From assembly GCA_002633005.1 (NCBI GenBank), contig NMRA01000848.1, forward strand, positions 82,419-121,396: DNA of 38,978 nt, written 5' to 3'. Shown here piece after piece: positions 1 to 11,500 of this stretch. The position numbers were made by a program, and so were the translations under genes. Origin of the DNA: Phoronis australis. Its lineage: Eukaryota; Animalia; Phoronida. The first letter of the stretch is position 1; every line of letters starts with the position of its first letter. The notes under the pieces are model-generated. The model made no database searches. It worked only from the letters and a program-made list of their open reading frames with translations, and had not been told where the DNA came from.

Positions 1-1537
1 CCTGAATGAAGGGTCTACCAGTGTGTTCCAGTGGGACCCAAACCAGCGTCCTTGGTTAAAGAAAATGCATAATTGTCCCACTGTGCCGCAACGCTTCCTC
101 TTCCAAAAAATCACTTTCAGTTTTTAATTCATAATTAGTCTTTGCACATGACAAATGTGTAGGTAATCGAATTAGTTATACCGTAGCAGCCGCGCAAACA
201 GTGTGACACTTGGCAAACTTTTATATGGGATTTCAAAAAAGCCTCATCTATATAAACTAATGAATAAATCCCCATTGAAATGGACCGTTATTTTTCAGCG
301 GAGTCACTATATTTGTGCAATATACTTGTCATTTTTCGAGAACTAAGGTACACTTCAGTGAAATGAAATATAACATGTTTTACTACTAGATGCTTACTCA
401 CCGTGAAATGGCTATTCCTAAATCTACGCAATAAATTTCACACAGGACCCCTTATGCACTGTAAACAAGTCAAAAGGCACTTTACAGTGAACATACAGGA
501 TAGCCAAAACAATCTCGGTATAGCATACTTCCATATCAAATCGATTTATTTTGCTGTAAAAATTTTAAAATGAAATTTCGTGTAGATTCGAAGATTTTTT
601 CCTATAAGCACCTGGGTGTTAGGTGGAAAATTCTTTAAGTGCCTGTGCTCATGTGTATTATTAGAAGTGGAGAATTTGAAAACACTATTTGGATGAGAGT
701 TCGCATTTTGCCTGTGTTTCAAAAATGTAGATCTGGTGATTTTTTTTCTAGAAATTCATGCACTGCTCAAATGGAATAATGCACACTCAAGCAGTAGATT
801 CACCGAGATCGGTTTAAAAGGTATTTTTACAAGCTTCGTACTACATGTACACTGTATAGGCTTCTTTAAGACACATGCAATTGGCTGTTATCTCAAACTA
901 CTACTCCAGACGCGACCGTTATCTTTGCACAATTTTTCCTGTTTTGTACAACCTTTAGTTTTTGCCCAAGTAGTAACCAACAATGATTGTGGGATGTCAC
1001 GGTCCTGACACCCCGTTGGTGCCTCTCCTTCCTGCTGTAGTAAAATGAGAGAAGATTTAGCCCGTCTTTTTCATCCAGCCTGAATGGAAAAAACGAACGA
1101 ACGCTATAATGATCATAATCATAAAACCATTGACCGGTCATAGCTCAACTCGTTTGGCAGAACTAACGTGAAGTGGTGATCCCAGAGTTTCAAATATAGA
1201 CACGTACTTTCACAGCACTCGCAGTGTGACTTGTTCTTGTAGGTGTACTCAACCCTTTAGCCATTTGCCTGTCGTGTTCCGTAGCTTAATTATGGGTGAC
1301 ACAGTGGAAATTTCACATCTCATAATCAATTGCGTTTTCAGCTCCAAGAACGCGTTGGTAGTGCACTCGGAAAGAGACAGAAAAAGACTGGAGACGGACT
1401 GGATTTGAAATTACATATCTACATGTACATTATGTGAATATATGTAGGTTGCACTCCATGCAATAGTCATCAGAGTACCTTGAGTCGAAATCAACAAGAG
1501 TTTCATTTCTACTTTAGTCAGCATTTAGTTCCTTCTA

Positions 1538-1640
1538 TATATACGTACACATGCACTCATATGTATACACTCACGGACGCGCACACGCGCACGCACACAC
1601 ATGCACACACTCACATACGCGCGAGCGCAGGCACACACGT
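1538..1640. repeat. Degenerate (CA)n/(CG)n/(TA)n purine-pyrimidine microsatellite
   Basis: tatatacgtacacatgcac...gcgcacacgcgcacgcacacacatgcacacac. Confidence 0.8.
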
Positions 1641-2157
1641 CCTTCCGGCGCCCACCACCCGCTGTTATGTCTTCAAACCACTTGACTGACCTTCGTGAAT
1701 TTTGCAAAGCATTTCCTATCGTAGTTGGGGGGCACGAGGGCGATTCGAATACTGCTGTGTTCCCTATTGAAAGCTCTGTGTGTTCACTTTAGCCTCTGTT
1801 ATATCTACCGAGACCCCTCAATATTTTTTCATAAATGTGGTGAATGCATTTTTATAATGGCGTCAAAACGTTACCATTTACGGACGGATTTTATGTAACC
1901 TGGGCCTCCAGTTGCCATTTTTACGCCCTATTATATCTATATGTGTGGTAGTCGTCATACGGTCCGGGAGTCTGTTTGTCTTTTCGAAATCTTAAACAAA
2001 TTAATAGATATTGAAAAGACATGGTATTCGCCGAGCATGGTCTAGACCAATAACTAACTGTCAGTTCTTTGAAATACAAAAACCACCTGCAAAAGGATCA
2101 AGCTCGGACCGTATTTGAAGGTGTAATTGGTCAAAATCAAGTTTTGACGGAAGCAGA

Positions 2158-2163
2158 TTTATT
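2158..2163 (-). promoter_or_regulatory. Candidate polyadenylation signal AATAAA
   Basis: tttatt on the + strand, about 270 nt downstream of the predicted stop; the hexamer is common in AT-rich DNA. Confidence 0.35.
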
Positions 2164-2432
2164 GCATTTTAAATAACTTTTGATTTCAAATGGTGTCGGG
2201 AAAACACTGCGGACTAATCCCAGACTTCAGTTTTGTGGTATTTTTAAATGCACAAACATACCCAGATTGTGTTTCCACAGAAAAAACACAGTCGCAATGC
2301 CGTGTGATGTGTTTTATAGACACTGAAACCCAATTTGTAGCATCTTTTCTTTAGCAAAGCAAGGTAAAACAGGTCTGTTTCCACATGTATATGAAATACG
2401 GTTCTATTACAAACATCTGTCTTCCTGGTAGA

Positions 2433-2542
2433 TCAAATGGCGCTGATGGCAATGAGCACTAATATCACAGTTGTGTGGAGACGGCACCTAATTTGTGACC
2501 GTGCGCCATCTTGAAACGGCCGAGTGTCGTCGTCAGGCGCAT
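2433..2542 (-). CDS. Terminal coding exon, putative GPI-anchor signal
   Basis: Strong acceptor cacttttttcag; phase 1 continues the TSP1 exon as [36 protein letters not shown]; small-residue triplet DGA, polar spacer, hydrophobic tail ending at the stop. Confidence 0.72.
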
Positions 2543-5500
2543 CTGAAAAAAGTGCAGGTTTATAACCTGTGTCCTTACAGTCTTGATAAACACAGCTCCA
2601 GAATGTGCTGGTAAAGTGAGAAACTCTTCAATCAAGGCCACGTGACAGCTCCAGGCGCTTCAAAATTTAACCTCATTATTACTTCTAACATTAATTTTAG
2701 GTAGCAACTTAACCGTTACACGTCGAAACTGCTCAATGTCTCAAAAGACATTCACTGCAGATTTTGGTAGATCCTCAAACATATGGAAAATTTGTCTCTG
2801 GACCTCTTTCAGTTGCATCTGATGGAGCAGGTCTAAGCATGACGGGATGTCTACTCAAACATTAGTTTTTTAACTGGCTCTCGACGCAGCTTCGCTGTAT
2901 TATTCAATAGAGCACTTTTTGAAATGCACAAAACGGAAATGAAGAATAAATAAAGGTCGTATTTATTAATCAGTCTGATAAAACCCAACACGATCGTTTA
3001 TTGACCCTTGGGAACGACGGTGTGTGGAAGGTGCAAACAAACCTGATGCTCATAGATGGCCATCTTGCTGTTAACTGTTCCCGTCGTCAAATATTAAGCA
3101 TCTACGTTAACAGCAATAGTAGAGAACCATGTCAGGCAGCAGTTCAAAGGAGGTCTAAACCTTCAACCAGACAGACTCTCGTAGAAGTGATACACCTGAT
3201 TTCTTCAATAACTGAGGTCTACTTCATTATTGAAGAAGTATGATTTTAATAAACGCCCTACATTTGAGGCAAATATCCATATTCAGTATTCATGTTAATT
3301 GTTCAAAATGTACTGGAGCCATGAGACATGATTTGCCAGCGCAGTTCACTTTCAATGAAGAACAATATTAAAACATAATTCTAGCATAAGATGATCCATT
3401 ACCATCTTCAATAGCCCTCTAATGTTTTGGACTCTACAGCCACACAACGTTTTATTAGTAACTAGAATAAAGAGTGGTTAGTAGATCTCCATGTGCCCTT
3501 CGATACCATGGCAAAACTCTTAGTCCATGACTTTCTCGATAAATTATCAAACAAGCAGAGGTAATGCCAATCTGTAATGTAAAAAAATTAAAAAGGAATG
3601 CGTATTTTCACCAACACACTCACAGACACGCGATAACGTTAACAATTCCACTGCTTACTATAAACAAATAAATTTAGAAATCAAACATAAAACTGAAATA
3701 GATGGTTGCATTGCAGAACCGATGCTTTCTCCCGTTTTGTGAAAGGTGTTGTGCATTTTAGGGTACTGCAGTGCCCTCCACAGACGAAAGAAGCGAAAAA
3801 GCAAAGCCCGGGAACTAACGTAAGCTCGAAACTTTCCGACATTTTAGCCTAAGCAGCTGGAGATATAGTCAATATTCAGTGAAGCTGCAATTCACTGTTT
3901 CCGTTCAATGAGCAAAACTTCTTACTGCAAGTGTCTCGCGAGGGTCTTGCGACTACGGAACACAGCCCTGCTGACTGGCTGATAATTGGTGATCACCAGG
4001 TCAACAGATTGTCGGCTAGTGACCGAGCACAGTCGAGTAACACCGAGTCGATTGCAAAGGTTAAGAAAACGGATAGTGGCTACTGAAGACTACGGTGAAA
4101 CCTTTGTTGAGGTGCCCGTCAAACTCCAATCACATGTTGTAAATGGTGGTGAGATATCACAGACCGTATCGTACTCAAAGCTGATGAATACTTTGATAGG
4201 TAGGGTGTTGGACACAACAGACACATCAGTTTATCAACGTTGTGGCCTTGAGAAGACTGTCGTAAGATAATTCCGTTCTGCTACGCAAGTGTGAATTTAC
4301 CTGGACATGGGGATTTGTTGCATTCCTTCACATCAGCACTGAGACCAGTACAGTAAGATCCACCAAACTGGGGGCTAGGATTCGTGCACTTTCTCGACCG
4401 GAATGTCACGCCACCTCCGCAAGTGGAACTACAGGAAGACCAATCGCCGTACGCGCTCCATCTGCCATTGACTACAATATGAATGTTCCCAGTTGTACTG
4501 TACATGTTTGCTTGGGCGTAAGCAGCAAGCGGAGTAAACAAGAGCTGGGAACGAAGTAGCGCGCATTACCTGACCTATAGTTTGGTGTTGACATTGTTAA
4601 GTACACGTAATTGTGCAACAATGATTGGTGACGTGTGATAATGTAATACAAGGGGTGGCATTGTTATATAATGTTCTTTTTCTAAATACATGATATAAAA
4701 ATCAAATTGAAGCGTGCCACTGGTTATTTATTTATTTATTTTTTACAGCGCGCTTCATTACTCTCACTGGGTCTCACAGAGGTTCTCCAATTCCACCGTT
4801 TATTGCACTTGTGTATGTTTGGGGCCAAGTTTGTTTATAGCCGGTACTGCTGGATATTCAGCGTTGCATAAATAGCTGACCTTCACGTGTTCATGATTAG
4901 CGCTTCTGTTATGCTTCGTCGCTACTTATAGCATACAACTCTATGTACTTGTGAAATGTTTGTATTTATTTTTACAGTGAGAAACATTAAACTGTCAGCC
5001 GCTGCGGTATTTGTGTAAAGTGTGTGATCCTCCATGTTTTATGAAGTTCTGACCGGTTTGATTTCTCTACAGTTAAAGTTGTCGTTTCAGTTGTATACTT
5101 CGCTGAAAATTTCTCAACTAGGAGTGCATTTAATGAATATTTTTTGCTAATTGGTTGACGTTGGAACGCGTTATAGACTGAACATTTAATGATTGATAAA
5201 ATATACCGGTTTGCGTGTTGACAGAAATGTTATTGAAGAGGTGGCGATTATTAGTTATAGCTGCTATTAAAATGGGTAACTCGTTTGTGATATTCGTTTT
5301 TATATTGGAATAATTGCTGTACTCGGCGAATAGACAGAATCTTGGGTGCATTTTGTTTTTTTTTGTAAATGTTCATAATGTACAATAAATATACATACCC
5401 AAAGAGCGACATTTTGTCTGTACCAAATTGGCGGTCGCTATGTTTCTCGTGACAGCTCTAACCCAGCCACATTGTATTTCTTCTTTACGAAAGCCAAAAT

Positions 5501-8500
5501 GTAAACTGCATATACCCTAGTGGTTTAAGATCAGGTTTTGCATGCCCACTAAATTTTAACAATAATTTTCCCTGTCGAAAACAAAACGATATTTTGTCAT
5601 AGCACCAATAGCACAAGACAGACTTGGAGAGCACCGTCAGTGTTTGGGACAGCGTGTCATCATTTGTACTTCAATTTACAAAGTATTTACATCTGCACGG
5701 AGTGAACCAGTTAGTAGGAGATGAGCTGTTTGTTAAACTCTCACTAAAATTGTTTGAAATGGTTTCACGAGTTTAAATGCGATTGAGTAGGTCACGCCTG
5801 AATGGGCATTATTCTGAGGACGAGGACGCGGGGGCCACTAGAATATGCCACACTCAATGCTAGTCTTAATTGACGGCTATCAATGAGCTCACTTGGTGCC
5901 TTGATCGATTGACCTCCGCCAACACTTCCGCCAGTGCCAACTGCCTCGCAACGGGGTGGCGCATACCCGTAATCACAGTGACAATTCCCTTTGTTATCAC
6001 ATACCTAGAAACAGATGAAGACTGTTAATGGATCTCACATGTACATGCACGACAGGGATTAGTCCTGCTTTGTAGTCATAGACAAGCTGTTAGTGCAATA
6101 ACAGATGCGCAATGTCGAGTAAAGGATTGCCAAGAGTGGTATTGAGAAGTTCCTTGAGGTTGCGTACGTGAATGGAGTCCAAACATTTGGTCTCTGCTCT
6201 GTTCTACCCAGACACAGAAGCATGGGCGGATCCAGAATTTTTATTTAGGGGGTCAGACATTCGCACCACCCAATTGCTAAATGGAATCTGGGAGAGCTTT
6301 AGGGGAGCCATGGCCTCCTTGGCCCCGCTGTAAATCCCCCACTGAGAAGTCCCTCCATTTTCAAAGCGCATCCTTGTTCACTACGTTTCTGACACGTAAT
6401 ATATACAGGTATCACTCCGGCAACTTGAAGTTGTTGAAAATCTGATCATGACATATTTAATCTTCATTTCTGAAATCTAACAAGAGTATTTGGATTCCTG
6501 GCTCCTTTTTGAACCTGGGCAGTTGGGTATTAGTGATTTTAGGGTAAAAATGCTAACACCGCAATTTTCGGTCATTCTTTAGCATGCCATTTGGGAGCAT
6601 GAAGCAATGCAAAAAAAACATGACTTTGCTGAACTTTTCATCTTTTTGAAACCCCAAGCGAATGTGGTTTCTGTAAGCTATACTTTTTCATGTGTCTTGA
6701 GACAGGGTGAAATATGGGGATTTTCTTGACCTAGACCATTCATAATGGTCTTATGATTATACTTTTTATGGGAGGTAAACATGTGACATAAGTGTTACAG
6801 TTGACGTATTTCGACATACAATCCAGGCCAATAATCCATTAGTTTGTGGATACATGAAGATGTACCTTTAACTTGAAATTCGTTTCGGTGGGGTGTATAT
6901 TAAAAATTCACGGGCCCCTGTGAAAACCGAAAATGCGCGTACGTACACCATATTACAAGTTATTGGTCATTTGAAAGCGCAAAGTATTACAATACATTTT
7001 CAACTCTCACCAATTTTTTGGTACTGACAATGATTTATATCGCGCCGATAATAGAAAGTGCCATGTATGCTTATGGAGTTGTCAGCTCCATAGTCGCAAC
7101 GGCCATTGATGCGAAGGGCCGATAGTTCAACAAGGGGCAACTTTTCGGCTCACATCTTGGTTGATTTCTTCAGTGGTGACGGATTGAATGTTGGTATTTT
7201 CGATATCAATACGCCAGCCTTGTATGTGGCTAATGTGACAAATGCACTAAAATCTGATACGCCAATTTGGAAAAACGAACTGGCGGTGAGCGTTTTTCTT
7301 TTCCGCAAACACAAAAAGTTATGCCTTGATTTGTTTTGCTCAAGTAATTCGTATATTTTCCAAGTTCGGGAAAATCGGCCTTTCAAATCAGTAACTGTTC
7401 ACACTTTCAGCCCCTGGGATTAACGAGAATTAATTGTTGAAATAGCAACGTAAGTACATGTAACTGAACGATATTCTATATTCTTCTTACTGGTCGAAGG
7501 TGCGATGCGACGATATCGCCTCTTCTTACTGTCGACCTAGACTGTTATGACGTCCAAAAATAATCCGAAAACAATATTAATGTTTCGATACTCAATGTTG
7601 GACAGAGCATTAAAAAAACTCCAACGAGAACACAACTTCAACGCCATACAGTTACCCCATGTCCGTTGCAATTGCACGGATCAGCAACTGACGCTATGGA
7701 ACGACATCTATGGTTGACGCACATCTTGCAAGAAGGAGAGTTAGACATGACGAGCTCCACATTGAGAAGTTGGTGCAAACGTGTAGAGTAAAGAATTGTA
7801 ATTCATCAAAAGATTTGACACAAAGCAAAACATGTGTTTGGCCAAAAAAGAAACGTTCCTCGCTTACATAACACGTTATTTCAGCGCTTCCTCAACTAAG
7901 TGATATCAAAATGAGGCATTACTATTGATCGTCCAGCGGGAGTTCATATAAAGCTTCTTATGTAAGGATCTGATTACCAACGAGTCCCACTGAGAATTTT
8001 ATTTGTTTCTTGAAGGGAAAGGCTGTTTAATCTTTGGTCAAAAAGGTGAACTGGAACAATTGGTCATTACCTTGCCATGACCACAGCTGTTGCCGTTAAC
8101 AACCATTCCAAAGTCATTATCCGTCTGCGCGTCGTGTGCCCTCACCGAGTGACATCCGACTGATGTCGACTTTGAGTAGCCATTCAACAAAATACCATCA
8201 AGTTTGCTGAACATTGACGTACAATGAAGACGGCCACAACGAACGTCACTAAAAAAGACGAAGTACTGAAAGTATCGCTGTTCTTGTCACCAATTCCCGA
8301 AAAATGAGTCCAACCTGAAAGTTTGGCCTACATGTAGATACCCTTTCAAAAACATATCGTCGCTTTTGTTCCGCAAGCCATACAGTAACTTGGTTGGAGG
8401 TAAATTTATGAACCAAACCCGTGTTGGGGCCCGCGACCACCAAACTTCATTCAAGACTCCATTGGAAAAGTAACCAACCGCATCGGCTGATGTTGAAAAA

Positions 8501-11500
8501 TGGAAACAAGGCATGTGACTCATATTTTTGATTCCAGTCCCGAGTTATGTGTTCTGGTCATACGAGCAGCATACGAGTGCATGCGGCTTTAAACTTACAA
8601 AAGCAAATATCTGAGAGTAATTCTGATCGAGCTGTTAAAAATCTTGTTTAAGTGTCAGAAACCATCTTGCATAATTGTTTTTCCTTAAAGCAGACCGACG
8701 ATCTCTGCCAAGCCACTCCGAGGAAATTTACAATCTAAACATTCGCCATAAGTAAAACCAAGGTAAGACCAATCATCGTGTATAACAGAATTGCAAACAA
8801 CGAGGTTTAAGGGTGCTTCTAAAGTGACCAATTTTCCGAAAATGCATCATTTTTATATTTTCCAAATTAACATGTATATACAATTTGATAATCTATTGAT
8901 TTATTACACTGCACATTTCCATTTCCTTCTCTGCTGGCAATACAGAATCATTCGCTAAGATCACACAACAAAAATTGCCTACCAATAACATCGCCCTTCT
9001 AACGCATGTTAATCTCAGGTACAAAATGATTTATGAAAAAGGGAAGAATTTTGGCGACTGGACGCCTTGTCATACAACATGCATAGCTTCAAACCACTTT
9101 TAATTAACTGAAGTACTTGGTGTGCAATAACAAAACCTGTAGAGGCAGGACATTTTTGCACACAATGGCTGCTTACATCATAGTTCTATCAAAAAATAGA
9201 ATGCTTTCTCCATATCAACACATATAGCAAGCAATACTTGTTTAACTTTTATTTTGTTCTGAATTATTGACGTGATCGCATAAAGCTGATCTAGACATGA
9301 TGTGTGTAAATTACATTTTCTGAACTGACACTTGAGGTGCGAATCAGTTCAATTCCCTAGACGAACTACACTGAACATGGCCACATCCTTGGTTTAATAT
9401 CAAGGAGATGCATAACCAGACTACATAGAACATAATCATGCTCAGTTTAGTCTGGGTATAATTCTCCTTGATATAACACTAATGGCATGATCATGTTCAA
9501 TGTAGTCTGGTTATGCATTTCCTTGATATTAAACCAAGGATGTGGCCATGTTCAGAATTATATCCAGACTAAACTGAGCATGATTATGTTCTTGGTGTAA
9601 TATCAAGGAGATATATTACAGAACTACACTGAACATGATCATTTCATAGTTGTATTGTCAAGAGAATTTGCAACCAAATTACACCGGTCCTGATCATTTC
9701 ATGGGTGTTATTTAAAGGTGACTTATAACCAGACTACATTGAAAACGATCATTTCCTCGGCACAATATTACAGACAATTATAACCAGTGTACATTGAGTA
9801 CGGTCATTTCAAAGGTGTAACACCAAGGAAATTTATGATCAGATTACACTGAACATGATCATTTCCTTGGTGTAACACCAATAAGATTTATAAGCGGACT
9901 CCACTGAATGTGGTCATTCCATAGGTTTCATATCAATGAGAGTAACAACCAGATTACACTGAACACGGTCACTTCATTGGTGTAACATCAATGAGATTCA
10001 TAAACAGACTACAGTGAATGTGATCATGTCCTGGGTATAATTCGAGATTTAAATACTAAATAACGAGGTTACGCAGGACGTGGTCTTAAATTTGTTTGAT
10101 ATTAAGGATATTGAAAACCAGACAACACTGTTTTACAACGTTGAGAAACTTGCGAACTGAAAGAGACAACACAGTTCTATAGAACGTCCATCGGCATTAC
10201 TGGCTTATTGAAATATGGAGGAGCCATCCATCCAGGTAGCTTAAAACACGTGCAAAAGTACCCAGGTGAGTAGGCTAGACATTAATTTCAGGTTGTAATG
10301 ACATTTCGACATCAGTCAACGTTATGTATCACTTACTTGCTATCGCACGGCAGGAACGAGCGACTGTTGAAGTTGTACCCACAATTTCCTCTCGAATCAC
10401 CGTGTCTGTTGAGGCTAAAACACGTGACGTTCACGCGGGACGCATTTCCACCCAGCAGTGAACACGCGGCAAAGCTTGCTCCACACACACCATTGAAACA
10501 GTGGGCCTACAGTGGTAATTTTTCGTGATTATTTGGAAATCATCTCAATCATGCGTCCACACGTGCGGATCGTTTTCGAAATAACGAGTTTCCAAGATAA
10601 TCAGCCTTTCAGAAAATGTTTTATGGTTGCAGTTACACTAACGTAGACCTTTATACATTATTTTCCTTAGACTTGTAAATCTACTACTGACTCGAGTTGT
10701 CGTGTGTTCACATTGGATTTCATGCTGCTACTGAACCCATGCATCATCTAAGTTGTGAGTGACCCGCGATGGTCAGTGTTAGTCCTTCTAGCGAGTCCCC
10801 GGTCTCAAAAATGTCAAAAGGTATATCACTAAATAATTCCATCAGGTTAGAATACAAATTGATAGTTCCTTATTTTCACAACCAGAAAAACTTAATACCT
10901 TGACAATTTCGTCTCCTATCAGCAACCATCTTCCGAAGTTATTAGACACTAGGTCGCGTGCTGATGAGGCTGTTCCAAATTTGGAACAGCCTTACCGTCA
11001 CCAAGCCACCGTATCTCTAATAACTTCGGAAGATGGCTGCTGGTAAGTGCAGAAACTGTCACGGTACTATGCTTTTCTGGTTGTGAAAATAAGAAATTAT
11101 CAAATCAAAAGGTTTAGTTTCCAATTGATCGTGCACGGTCGACAGATTGTGTTACGATATCCTGCTGAACTTTTTTTACTGTCAATACAACGAAAGTACT
11201 GCTGTTACACGAGCAGACATTTTGGGACCGACGAGCATCGTGATAGTGAACTGGTACAAATCCTGATATCCAGAGTTCGAGTGGTGGTGAAACTTCCTAA
11301 TTCTCTCAACATTCGTCATTGATGAAATGGTACAATGACAGCCATATCAAAGGAAAGATCGATGCTGTCAAAGTTGATGTTATCAATCAAAACGTGTGCA
11401 GGAAGCGCAAATCATCATGCACGTGCGTTTGAACACAAGGGTACAATAAAAAGGTCGGCTTTCACATGTGACATATATGTTTTTGATCAGTTTCACATTG

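Noticed and set aside
884-1270. Strong minus-strand acceptors near 1081 and 1036 and an open peptide QEGEAPTGCQDRD...SSSLR*
   Set aside because: It lies downstream of the predicted stop and poly(A) signal. In phase 1 from the TSP1 donor both acceptors hit a stop within about 12 codons, and no domain is recognisable. It cannot be excluded as an alternative last exon.
3201-3237. Small hairpin ttcttcaataa...ttattgaagaa
   Set aside because: An 11-bp AT-rich stem in an intron with no further support; bacterial terminator logic does not apply.
3760-4270. Coding-looking + strand stretch including ORF 3986-4270
   Set aside because: No recognisable motif, stops in neighbouring frames and no splice chain; possibly a decayed repeat.
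9582-10040. Regularly spaced repeats resembling a CRISPR array
   Set aside because: The whole 55-bp unit is homologous between copies with no unique spacers, and the context is a eukaryotic intron.
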